36,059 nt of DNA from Patescibacteria group bacterium. GTDB taxonomy: Bacteria; Patescibacteriota; Minisyncoccia; UBA6257; HR35. The notes under the pieces were generated by a model. It was not told the origin of the DNA and made no database searches. It saw only the letters and a list, made by a program, of their open reading frames with translations. Shown piece after piece: positions 27,228 through 36,059 of the stretch. The DNA is taken from positions 1 through 36,059 of the forward strand of contig JAUQOT010000002.1 in the NCBI GenBank assembly GCA_030550735.1, given 5' to 3'. Position 1 is the first letter of the stretch; every line of letters starts with the position of its first letter. A program made the position numbers and the translations under genes.

Positions 27228-28662
27228 ATTTAAAAATTTCTTTTAAAATAGGGTCTTTAACAAAATAGAGAAAAAGAAAATAGATAATAACAACTAAAAT
27301 TATTTTGAAGATTAAGTGAATTGGTAAGAAATAAACAAGAAAAACAGCAGCAAATGAAGCAAAAAGAGGTTTTATCAAATTAAGCTTTTTTAAATGAAAA
27401 TTTATATATTTTTTTAACAAAAGAAAACCAAACAAGAAAGAAAGAAAAGAAGAAAAAGAAGTTATTAAACTTGAAGCGTATAGTCCATAAAGTGGAACAA
27501 AAATTAAATTAAGAAGAGCATTAATCAAAAGAACAATGAGGTCAAATTTTATGAGTTCTTTTCTTCTATCGAGAGCAATTAAGGTGTCAACAAGAATAAG
27601 AAAGAAAAAATTAAAAGGAATAGAAAACGACAAAAACTTTAAAGCGAGGTTAGCTGATAGATACTCCTTGCCATAAAGAAAATTAATAAGATCATAAGAA
27701 AAAAAGAAAATACCAAAAAGAGTTGGAAGAGAGATTAAAAGAGAAAAGTTAAATCCAAATTCTAAGGCTTCGTGAAATCTTTGTTTATCGTTTAATTCCT
27801 TTGTTAATCTTGGATAAATTGCCATTGCTAATGAAAGAGGTAAGATAAACAAAACTTCGTTTATTTTAACTACCGAATTATAAATACCAACCTCACTTTT
27901 TGCTCTAAAATAGCCCAAAATTAAAGTATCGATATAAGTTATAAGAAGAAAAATAAAATTAGCAATACCTATTGGCCAACTTTTATTTAAAATGATTAAT
28001 GGTTCTTTTAGGCGGATAAATTTAAGATAATTAAAAAATAAATCTTTTCTTAAAAGAAAAAAAGTAAAAATTAAACCTAAAAATGAAGAAAAAAGATAAG
28101 CTAAAGCAAGATTTAAAGGATGGGGATAATTAAATAAAACAAATAATCCGAATGACATCAAAAGAAAATTAGTTAAACTATAACTTAAAGCCTGAAGCTC
28201 CATTTTCTCTTCAGCTCGAAAAAGACTATAGAGAATTTCTCTTAATGTATCAAAAAAAATAAAAGGGATTAAAATTAAAATTATTTTTTGAGCTAGACTA
28301 TCTTTAATAACAAATTTACGAGTTAAAATTATAAGAAAAAAACTAATAAGAAAAAGAAGAAAAAAAGAATAAACAAAATTAGCAATTATTTCCTTTTTCT
28401 TTTCTTTTTCTTGAGTTAAGTTCTTTATAAAAATAGGAACCAAACCGAAATCAGGAATGACAGAAAAAATTAAGATAAAATTCATTGCTAGATAAAAACT
28501 TCCTTGCAAACTTGGTCCAAGAATTCTAAAACTCAGAATTACTAAAGCTGCTCGAAAAATACTTCCTAAGAATCGCGAAAAAAATATCCAAAAAGAATTC
28601 TTAACAATTATTTGTTTAGCTTCAAAATTTTTCAAAAAATATCCTTTAATTTTTTCAAACAT
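27217..28662 (-). CDS. Wzx-like polysaccharide flippase
   Basis: IVKNSFW, RILG, DFGL, FRAEEKM, IDTLILG...EVGIY, N..LN....P.YG. Confidence 0.88.
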   Translation of the reverse strand: MFEKIKGYFLKNFEAKQIIVKNSFWIFFSRFLGSIFRAALVILSFRILGPSLQGSFYLAMNFILIFSVIPDFGLVPIFIKNLTQEKEKKKEIIANFVYSFFLLFLISFFLIILTRKFVIKDSLAQKIILILIPFIFFDTLREILYSLFRAEEKMELQALSYSLTNFLLMSFGLFVLFNYPHPLNLALAYLFSSFLGLIFTFFLLRKDLFFNYLKFIRLKEPLIILNKSWPIGIANFIFLLITYIDTLILGYFRAKSEVGIYNSVVKINEVLFILPLSLAMAIYPRLTKELNDKQRFHEALEFGFNFSLLISLPTLFGIFFFSYDLINFLYGKEYLSANLALKFLSFSIPFNFFFLILVDTLIALDRRKELIKFDLIVLLINALLNLIFVPLYGLYASSLITSFSSFLSFLFGFLLLKKYINFHLKKLNLIKPLFASFAAVFLVYFLPIHLIFKIILVVIIYFLFLYFVKDPILKEIFKFIQ

Positions 28663-28682
28663 TTTTTTAAAATTAAAATAAA

Positions 28683-29180
28683 ATGAATTTGATTGATTTT
28701 TACTATTACTTTAATTTGTTTCGAGATATTTTAATTTTAATTCAAATTCTCTTTGTTTTATCTTTGATCTTTCGAAGAATGAAAGAAAATGTTAATACAG
28801 GTTTAATTATATATGGTAAATTTATTTTTCTAACTCTTGTTATTTCTTTTCTTCTTTTTTTCTTTAAAAATACCTTTCCTTCTTTAAGACCAATAAGCTA
28901 TTTGGTTCCAAACCTAATTTTGAATGATAGTTTTCCTTCAGGCCATGCCCTTTTTTCGTTTAGTTATACATTTTTTGTTATGCCTCTAAGTTTTAGATTT
29001 TTTATTTTCTCTCTAATAATTTCTGTTCTGATTAGTATTTTTAGTATTATTTCTTTTTCTCATTTTTTAATAGATATTATTTTTAGCATCTTTTTAGCTA
29101 TATTTATAGCTATTATTTCTCAAGAGATTTTATATTTTTTCCATAGGTTCTATGTTCACTATTTTAAGAAAAAAACCTAA
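28683..29180 (+). CDS. PAP2-family membrane phosphatase (divergent)
   Basis: K......RP, SFPSGHA, H...D; the third-motif Arg is not evident. Confidence 0.72.
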   Translation: MNLIDFYYYFNLFRDILILIQILFVLSLIFRRMKENVNTGLIIYGKFIFLTLVISFLLFFFKNTFPSLRPISYLVPNLILNDSFPSGHALFSFSYTFFVMPLSFRFFIFSLIISVLISIFSIISFSHFLIDIIFSIFLAIFIAIISQEILYFFHRFYVHYFKKKT

Positions 29181-30761
29181 AACATCTCTTAGGGTTTTTA
29201 CTAAAAAGAGATCTCTTCTATCAATTTTTTCTTCTTGGATTATTCTTCTTTTTTCATAAAAGTGGTGAATTTCTTTAGCAACATTTAAAAGATAATCATA
29301 ATAAAGATTTGGTTTTAATTCTCTATAGATAATAATACTTAAATCTTTAAATTGATGAAGAATTCTAATTAAATTTTTAATTTCCTCTTCTTTAATATAA
29401 AATTTTGCTAATTTTTGGGGATCAAATTTTTCTGGAATTTTATAACCCCTTTCTTCAGCTCTTTTAAGAATATTATTCAATCTTGCATAAGCATATTGAA
29501 GATACCAAAAAGGATTTTCTTCAGAAACTTTTTGAGCAATTTCCATATCAAAGTTTAAAGTTGTTTCCGGTGTCATACTTAAAAACATTATTCGAACTAC
29601 TCCTGGATTAATAACTGAAAGCAAATCATCAATTGTTACAAAAACTCCTTTTCTTTTTGACATTTTTAATATTTTTTCTTCCTTTTTAAGATGAACATGT
29701 TGATAAGTAATTATTTTTATTTGTGATTCTTTTATTTTTAACACCTCTAAAGCTTTTTTGAGTCTTCTAATATGATCATGATGATCGGCTCCCAGAATAT
29801 TTACTCCTATTTTAAATTTTCTTTCAAAAAACTTATTATAATGATAAAGGATATCAGAAAAAAAATAAGTTGGTTCACCATTAGCTCTTATTAGAAATTC
29901 ATCTTTTATTTCTCCAATTTTGGTTAATTTTAAAATTAAAGCTCCGTCTTTTTCTTCGATAAGAAACATTTTTTTATATAACTCGATAATCTTTTCTAAT
30001 TTATTTTTATCTTGATAGAGACTTTTTTCAGAAAAATAATTGTCAAATGATGTACCAAGTTTTTTTAATGATGGTTTAATATAATTTTCTAAAACATAAT
30101 TACAAGCCATTTCTTCAATTTTTTTTAGATCATTTATGTTTTCAATTTTTTCTTTTAGATCTCTTGCTATTTCTTTGATGTAATCTCCTTTATAAAAATT
30201 TTCTTCTTCGGGAATTTTCCCTAAATTAGCTAAAATCGATTTAACCAAAATTTCAACTTGTGTTCCTCTATCATTTACATAATATTCTTTTGTTACTCTA
30301 AAACCTAAAATTTTAAGAAAATTAGCTAAAGTGTCTCCTAAAACGGCACCACGAATATTGCCTATATGCAGGGGTCCTGTTGGATTGGCAGAAACATATT
30401 CAACAATTATTTTTCTTTTTCTTCCTATATAGCTATAAAAATGTTTTTCGCCTTTTTTAAAAATATTTCTCAAAACCTTGAATAAAACATAATCCGAAAG
30501 ATGAAAGTTTAAATAATTATTAACTATTTCAATTTTTTTAAAATGATTTTTAAGTTTTTTATTAATTTTTTCTAAAATAATCTCTTTTTCATTAGGAGCA
30601 AATTTATCAAGAAGAAAAAGAAGATTAGTTGAATAATCTCCACGATCTAGATTTTTGACTATAAAAAATTGAAGTTTATTCTCTATGTTTTTCCATGAAG
30701 TCTTTTTTAAGTTCTTTCTTAAAATTATTTTTATTTTTCTTTCTAAATCAATAAGTTGCAT
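29130..30761 (-). CDS. argS: Arginyl-tRNA synthetase
   Basis: GDYSTN, VEYVSANPTGPLHIGNIRG, EYYVND.G.Q, GADHH, KMSKRKG, YLQYAYAR. Confidence 0.97.
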   Translation of the reverse strand: MQLIDLERKIKIILRKNLKKTSWKNIENKLQFFIVKNLDRGDYSTNLLFLLDKFAPNEKEIILEKINKKLKNHFKKIEIVNNYLNFHLSDYVLFKVLRNIFKKGEKHFYSYIGRKRKIIVEYVSANPTGPLHIGNIRGAVLGDTLANFLKILGFRVTKEYYVNDRGTQVEILVKSILANLGKIPEEENFYKGDYIKEIARDLKEKIENINDLKKIEEMACNYVLENYIKPSLKKLGTSFDNYFSEKSLYQDKNKLEKIIELYKKMFLIEEKDGALILKLTKIGEIKDEFLIRANGEPTYFFSDILYHYNKFFERKFKIGVNILGADHHDHIRRLKKALEVLKIKESQIKIITYQHVHLKKEEKILKMSKRKGVFVTIDDLLSVINPGVVRIMFLSMTPETTLNFDMEIAQKVSEENPFWYLQYAYARLNNILKRAEERGYKIPEKFDPQKLAKFYIKEEEIKNLIRILHQFKDLSIIIYRELKPNLYYDYLLNVAKEIHHFYEKRRIIQEEKIDRRDLFLVKTLRDVLGFFLKIVNIEPMEKI

Positions 30762-33700
30762 TTTTAAAAATTTTATTGAAAAGTTCTTCTAAAATTGTAA
30801 GATAATTAGCTTCGCCACTTTCAACTTTGTCCATATTCTTTTCTAAAATCCTTGTAAATTCCTCATCAATATATTGAAAGTATTTTTCTTTTAGATATTG
30901 ATAAATCGTTTTGCCCCAACTTGTTGGAATTAAATAACCAGATTTATTTAAAATATATTTTCTTTCAAGCAAAGTTGAAATAAAAGTTGCATAAGTTGAG
31001 GGTCTGCCCAAACCTCTTTTTTTCATTTCTTCTATTAATTCACCCTGAGTATAATAAAATTCTTTAGGAACCCTTTGAATTCTTAGATTTTTCACAATGA
31101 ATTCGCCCTCTTCCAATTTTGTTTCTTTAAGATGATAATAAAATTCTAAATAACCCCTTTCTTTAATTTTTTTAATTTCTTCAAAATCTTTTTCTAAATC
31201 TTCTAGATAAATTTTACCATTTATTTTAATAATTTTTGCTTCTTTTACTTGAGAAGCAAGAAAACGATTAACAATTAAACCGTAAAGTTTTAAATGATTG
31301 CTTGTTAAACTTCGATCACCTAAAACAATCATTTCTTCAATTAATTCATCAACAGTTAAAGCTTTTGTTGGTCTTATGCCTTCATGTGTTCCTGGGGAAC
31401 CAAAATGATTGGGTTTAAAAATTTCTATTTTGTTTAAATTTTCTAAAAATTCTCGAGCAACTCTTAAGCCAAAATCAGATATATAAGTTGAATCGGTTCG
31501 ATGATAAGTAATCAAACCTCTTTCAAACAAATCTTGAGCCAATTTCATTGTTTGGTCGGCTCCGAATTTAAAAAAATTAAAAGCATCTTTTAAAAGATTA
31601 CTCGTATCATAAGGCGGTAGAGGTTTTCTAATTTCTTCTTCCTCTTTATTGATTTTTATTCTTACTTTAAGTTCTTTATTTTTAAATTTTTCTCTTATCT
31701 TCTTTACAAAATTTTTATTATCTGTTTCTAATCTAATTAAAGAATCATCAAAACCAACTCTTAAATAATAAATTTTATTCTTAACTTTTTCGGCTCTTTC
31801 TAGAATCCAGCCCAAAATAGGTGTTTGAACTCTACCAGCAGAAAGGTTTAAATTTTTAAAATGATTTTGAATTTTTTCACTTAAAAAAAAGCCAACCCAC
31901 CTATCAGAAATCCTTCGTAAAAGCTGTGCTTCAACTAAGTAAGTATTGATTTCGCGTGGTTCTTTTATTCTTTTCAAAAACTCCTCGCGAGTAATTTCAT
32001 GAAGTTCGATTCTTAAAATATTCTTATTATATGGATAAAGATAATTAAAGAGATCGAAAGCTATTTTTTCACCTTCGGCATCAGGATCAGAAGCTAAATA
32101 AATTTTATCAACCTCCAAGGCTAATTTTTTGAGACCTTCAATTAACTCCTCTTTGGTATAAATTTCTTTACTTCCACAAACGGGACAAAAATTTTCGGTG
32201 TAATTTAGATGACGATCGCAACTTCGACATATTTTTATAAACTGAAAAATAGGTATAAACTGACTATCAATTTTTTTGACCCCATAATAGCCATCTGAGT
32301 AAGTTAAATCAACAAAATGTCCCATTGTTGCGCAAATATTTAAATGTAAATTACCTAAAGAAATTTCATAGAGAGTTAATCCGTTTTTAATTCTTCTTGC
32401 TGGTTTACCAAAAAAATTAGCTATTGTTCTTGCTTTGGTTGGTGATTCAACAATAACAAGAGCGGTTTCAATTGGATCTTTAAATTCTATCTCTTTTCCT
32501 TCGATTACTTTCTTAACAATATTTCTATCTTCGTCAATTTTCTTTAAAATATCTTCCAAATTAACTTCATTTACCTCTTTAAATTTAATTTGATAGCCTA
32601 AGATTTTTAACTTATTGGCTAAATGTTTAAGAAGTTTTTCATTCTCGGCTAATATTAAACTTAATCCCTTAGTTAACCCTAGGGGATAAAGTCTCGAAGT
32701 TCTTCCTGAAGCTTGAAGATAACCACGTGGATCAGAAACAATAAGAATCATTTCGCTGTCTCTTCTTTCTAATATAAGCAATGGATGTGTTTTAATTTTT
32801 TCAATAAAATCTTCTTGTTTTATAAGTTCTTCCCAGAAATTTTTTATAGTTTCTAACTTAGTTTTTAAAGATTCATTTTCTTTAATTGTATCTTCTTTAA
32901 GATAAGATATTTTCTTTAAAAAATTAATCTGTTTGTCAATAAATTTTTTTTCTTTTTCATCCAAAATTTCTCTTAAGGTTAAAGAAATTAAAAAAAGTTG
33001 GAGAGGGCTTAAAGATAATTTGAGAGATAAAATAAATTTGGGAATTCCAACAAAAAGCGCATATCTTACTTTTTGAGGTAAATCAATTCCTCGGGTAAGA
33101 GGATTTCTGATATTAGAAAAACCAACAATCACCTGAATTTTATTTTCTAAGAAGGCTTCAATGTTTTTATTATTAAAATTTTCGTAAGAAACAGCGTTAA
33201 TGCCGTTTTTATTTAGAAAGTGAACATAATTTTTAAGATCATCACGATTGTATTCTGAGCTTAAATAAACAAATCCTCCTTCTCCTAATTTTTTTATCCA
33301 TTTTATTGATTCTTCCCAAAGATTTTCCTTATTTACTAATTTATAAAGTTCTTCGATGTTTCTTAAATAGGTTGATGAAATACCAATCTCAAAACCTAAA
33401 AGTTCCTTAAAAAGATTTATTCTCTTTGTTTTTGGAGTTAGGGTTGCTGAAGCAGCAATAATAATTCCTTTTTCTTTTTTGTTTATTTCAATTTTTAGAT
33501 TATTTTTTTCTTTGTTTTTTCTTTTTAATTCAATGATTTCCAAAGCTTGATTTATTTCTTCCTCGGTGATTTTTGCTAGTTTTAAGACTTTGTCAATATT
33601 TTTAGGTTGTCTAATTAAAGAATCGGCATCATCAATAAAAACTAAATCAAAATTTTTAGGAATAATATCAAAATTTTTGTGGAGAAAATTAGAAGTTGTA

Positions 33701-34230
33701 ACTAAAATATCAAAATCTTCATTTAAAAGTTTTTCTTTATCTTTTGGTTTTTTTATTACAAGAATTTTTTTTGAAGTTTGAAAAATTTTTAATTTTTTTT
33801 CTATTTCATTAAGGAGAATTTTGGACGGAACAAGATAATAAACTTTTCCAGGAAGAAAATGAGAAATAGCAATTCCAAAAGTCGTTTTTCCAATACCAGT
33901 TGGTGCAATAATTGTAAAAGATTCGTGGCGAAAAACTCTTTTTGCCCAATAAAGATTTAATTTGAATGGTTTTGTTTTAAGATTTTTTTCAAAGAAGTTT
34001 ATATATTCATTAAGTTTTTTTAAAAGAAGATAATCTTCTTCAAAAAATTTTAAAAATTTAGGATTAATCTCTTCTTTTTTTATTACTTCTAAGTTCTTGT
34101 TAAAAAATAGATAATCTTGTTCACATATTCCATAGTTATAAATTTCTTCTAAGGAAGCCCTATTTTTATCAATCGGACAAATATCTAAATAAATTATTGG
34201 AAGAGCGTTTATTTTTTTTCTTTTTTGCAT
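30748..34230 (-). CDS. rgy: Reverse gyrase (SF2 helicase-like domain fused to type IA topoisomerase)
   Basis: APTGIGKT, IDDAD, RGIDLP..VRYA, YLQASGRTSR, IVESPTKA, CRSC..CPVC, ASDPDAEGE, SAGRVQTP, ITYHRTDS (catalytic Tyr), GLGRPSTY. Confidence 0.97.
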   Translation of the reverse strand: MQKRKKINALPIIYLDICPIDKNRASLEEIYNYGICEQDYLFFNKNLEVIKKEEINPKFLKFFEEDYLLLKKLNEYINFFEKNLKTKPFKLNLYWAKRVFRHESFTIIAPTGIGKTTFGIAISHFLPGKVYYLVPSKILLNEIEKKLKIFQTSKKILVIKKPKDKEKLLNEDFDILVTTSNFLHKNFDIIPKNFDLVFIDDADSLIRQPKNIDKVLKLAKITEEEINQALEIIELKRKNKEKNNLKIEINKKEKGIIIAASATLTPKTKRINLFKELLGFEIGISSTYLRNIEELYKLVNKENLWEESIKWIKKLGEGGFVYLSSEYNRDDLKNYVHFLNKNGINAVSYENFNNKNIEAFLENKIQVIVGFSNIRNPLTRGIDLPQKVRYALFVGIPKFILSLKLSLSPLQLFLISLTLREILDEKEKKFIDKQINFLKKISYLKEDTIKENESLKTKLETIKNFWEELIKQEDFIEKIKTHPLLILERRDSEMILIVSDPRGYLQASGRTSRLYPLGLTKGLSLILAENEKLLKHLANKLKILGYQIKFKEVNEVNLEDILKKIDEDRNIVKKVIEGKEIEFKDPIETALVIVESPTKARTIANFFGKPARRIKNGLTLYEISLGNLHLNICATMGHFVDLTYSDGYYGVKKIDSQFIPIFQFIKICRSCDRHLNYTENFCPVCGSKEIYTKEELIEGLKKLALEVDKIYLASDPDAEGEKIAFDLFNYLYPYNKNILRIELHEITREEFLKRIKEPREINTYLVEAQLLRRISDRWVGFFLSEKIQNHFKNLNLSAGRVQTPILGWILERAEKVKNKIYYLRVGFDDSLIRLETDNKNFVKKIREKFKNKELKVRIKINKEEEEIRKPLPPYDTSNLLKDAFNFFKFGADQTMKLAQDLFERGLITYHRTDSTYISDFGLRVAREFLENLNKIEIFKPNHFGSPGTHEGIRPTKALTVDELIEEMIVLGDRSLTSNHLKLYGLIVNRFLASQVKEAKIIKINGKIYLEDLEKDFEEIKKIKERGYLEFYYHLKETKLEEGEFIVKNLRIQRVPKEFYYTQGELIEEMKKRGLGRPSTYATFISTLLERKYILNKSGYLIPTSWGKTIYQYLKEKYFQYIDEEFTRILEKNMDKVESGEANYLTILEELFNKIFKNATY

Positions 34231-34307
34231 TATATTTTATTATAATTAATATTGATACAATTATCCGATTATCCAAAATGGTCACTTATTAGCGTAATTT
34301 TTACAAA

Positions 34308-35144
34308 ATGCCACGTGGCCGTAAAAAGTCTCAATTGGAAGGTAGTCTGGTTTTTCAAGATCCTTATCATCATCAAAATTTGGAATTGAAAATTATACCT
34401 ATTGAAAACTTATTCGTTGTCCCTCACCAAAGAAAACCAAGCGCTTATCACGTTAAACATCTTGTTAGTTCAATAGAAAGAATAGGTTTTATTGTTCCTA
34501 TAATTGTTATTGCTAGTCAAGACAATAATTATATGATTATTGATGGACAACATCGGTTTTTAGCAGCTAAAGAATTAGGAATAAGAGAACTTCCAGCTAT
34601 TGTTGTTCCTGAAAGATTAGCTCAGCTTATGATGAACTTTAATATTGAAAAAGAATTAAATATCAGAGAAAAATCTTATGTTGCGTTAGCAATTTATCGA
34701 CAACATCTCGAAGCTAATCCAGAAATGTTAGAATCAGATCCAGAACTAGTTGATGCTATTGAACAAGCTTATTATGTTACTTTAGGTATTGGTTATGAAA
34801 AAGTTGAAAAACTTTCTGGTAGTTCTTTTGAGCCAATTCTAAAAAAATGTGATTTCTTCGTTGATGAAAAACTTTCTGAAGCTTTAAAAATTAGAGAGCA
34901 GCGAGCTGAAAAAGTTATTCAGGCAAATAATTTAGTTAAAGAAATTGCTCAAAAACTTAAGGAAATGGATAAGTGGCATCCTTATGTTTATCAACAAATA
35001 ATTTCATGGTCAAATCCTTATAAGAGAAAAAGATTACCAACAGAATTTGACGATCTCTTTAATTCTATAATTGAGAATCTTGAAAAAGCTGTTCAAAATC
35101 CAACTCTTGTTTTAAGCGAAGTATTGGAGGAAGAAAGTTTTTAA
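34308..35144 (+). CDS. ParB/Sulfiredoxin N-terminal domain protein
   Basis: PHQR, L..SI..IGFIVPIIV, IIDGQHRFLAAKELG...LPAIV, N.E. Confidence 0.8.
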   Translation: MPRGRKKSQLEGSLVFQDPYHHQNLELKIIPIENLFVVPHQRKPSAYHVKHLVSSIERIGFIVPIIVIASQDNNYMIIDGQHRFLAAKELGIRELPAIVVPERLAQLMMNFNIEKELNIREKSYVALAIYRQHLEANPEMLESDPELVDAIEQAYYVTLGIGYEKVEKLSGSSFEPILKKCDFFVDEKLSEALKIREQRAEKVIQANNLVKEIAQKLKEMDKWHPYVYQQIISWSNPYKRKRLPTEFDDLFNSIIENLEKAVQNPTLVLSEVLEEESF

Positions 35145-35149
35145 TTATA

Positions 35150-36059
35150 ATGAAATATAATCTCGAGGAAGTTAGAAGTAAAATCGAAGAAGAAATTAAA
35201 AAACCCGTTGAGGTTGCTTCAATTGTTGATATTGTTCAGAATCTAATTATTTTTGGTTTTCTTAGTCGAGCTTCAGACATTCATTTTCAACCACGAGAAA
35301 AATATTTGATTGTAAGATATCGAATTGATGGAATAACCCATAATATTTTTAATATCCCCAAAGAACTTCACGAAGAAATAATTACAAGAATTAAAATTGT
35401 TTCTAATTTAAGAATTGACGAACATTTTGCTGCTCAAGATGGTAGATTCAGGTTTTATTTAGAAAACGAAAATTTAAGTTTTTTCGATGTTAGAGTTTCA
35501 ATTATGCCAACTTATTATGGAGAAAATGCCATTTTGAGACTTTTAGTTAATCCAGGAAAAAAATTTAATTTAGAAAACTTAGGACTTTCCGAAAGAGATC
35601 TAAATGAAATAAAAAAAGCTATTTCTAGACCTTATGGAATGATTCTTGCTACCGGGCCTACAGGATCAGGAAAAACCACAATGCTTTATACAATTTTAAA
35701 TGAACTTAATAAAGAAGGAGTTCATATTATTACAATTGAAGATCCAATCGAATATGCTATAGAAGGAGTAACCCAAATTCAGGTTAACCCACAAACAAAT
35801 TTAACTTTCGGTAAAGGATTAAGAGCTATTTTAAGGCAAGACCCCGATATTATTATGGTTGGTGAAATAAGAGATACCGAAACTGCTGAAATTGCTGTTA
35901 ATGCTGCTTTAACTGGTCATCTTCTTCTTTCAACGCTTCATACTAATGATGCTCCGAGTGCTGCTATAAGATTAATTGAATTAGGAGTCGAACCATATTT
36001 AATTACTTCAACAGTTAATGCAATTATTGGTCAAAGGTTAATTAGAACAATTTGTAATT
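35150..36059 (+). CDS. Second PilB/GspE-family ATPase, 3' partial, absent from the ORF track
   Basis: MKYNLEEVR...ASDIHFQP...VRYRIDG...DEHFAAQDGRF...GPTGSGKTT...TIEDPIEY...LRQDPDIIMVGEIRD...TGHLLLSTLHTN; runs off the window. Confidence 0.93.
   Translation, partial: MKYNLEEVRSKIEEEIKKPVEVASIVDIVQNLIIFGFLSRASDIHFQPREKYLIVRYRIDGITHNIFNIPKELHEEIITRIKIVSNLRIDEHFAAQDGRFRFYLENENLSFFDVRVSIMPTYYGENAILRLLVNPGKKFNLENLGLSERDLNEIKKAISRPYGMILATGPTGSGKTTMLYTILNELNKEGVHIITIEDPIEYAIEGVTQIQVNPQTNLTFGKGLRAILRQDPDIIMVGEIRDTETAEIAVNAALTGHLLLSTLHTNDAPSAAIRLIELGVEPYLITSTVNAIIGQRLIRTICN

Noticed and set aside
2379..33781. Short antisense ORFs (2379, 9394, 11396, 12495, 18956, 20302, 25168, 25993, 26269, 33566)
   Set aside because: They lie opposite well-supported genes and show no recognisable motifs
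34261..34277. DnaA-box-like TTATCCGAT/TTATCCAAA suggesting oriC
   Set aside because: Only one 8/9 match in a 77-bp gap, with no dnaA or box cluster
1..36059. PilB at both ends suggesting a circular element or assembly duplication
   Set aside because: The two copies differ substantially in DNA and protein sequence, so they are paralogues
1..36059. Alternative genetic code (TGA recoding as in Gracilibacteria/Absconditabacteria)
   Set aside because: Conserved genes are full length under code 11, and TGA ends pilB, khpA, serS and rplK at the expected positions

Overview
Very AT-rich (roughly 25-30% GC by eye), densely packed bacterial chromosome segment. Gene content and style point to a Patescibacteria/CPR (Parcubacteria-like) genome: scrambled housekeeping operons, few Shine-Dalgarno sites, tRNAs without encoded CCA, type IV pilus genes and a 'W-x-N-P-x-x-x-P-P / GNVGIGTT' surface protein. 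A complete reverse gyrase suggests a thermophile. The window holds about 30 CDS (pilB/pilC, lysS, truncated alaS, khpA, trmD, folD, polX, intein-containing gyrB, clpP, serS, archease, rplI, clpB, secE-nusG-rplK, argS, rgy, a ParB-like protein, a second pilB) and 7 tRNA genes. Main unexplained signals: (1) GC-rich, nucleotide-identical in-frame repeats that divide a secreted fibre-like protein into modules, suggesting a DNA-level cassette-shuffling system; (2) three genes whose stop codon lies partly or wholly inside the downstream tRNA; (3) reverse gyrase together with gyrase in a CPR-like genome; (4) a 520-aa intein inside the GyrB Toprim DxD motif; (5) an AlaRS with no editing domain; (6) an unannotated zinc-ribbon ORF with a structured leader and an AAGGTCG motif shared with khpA. 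All calls come from motif recognition by eye; no searches were run.
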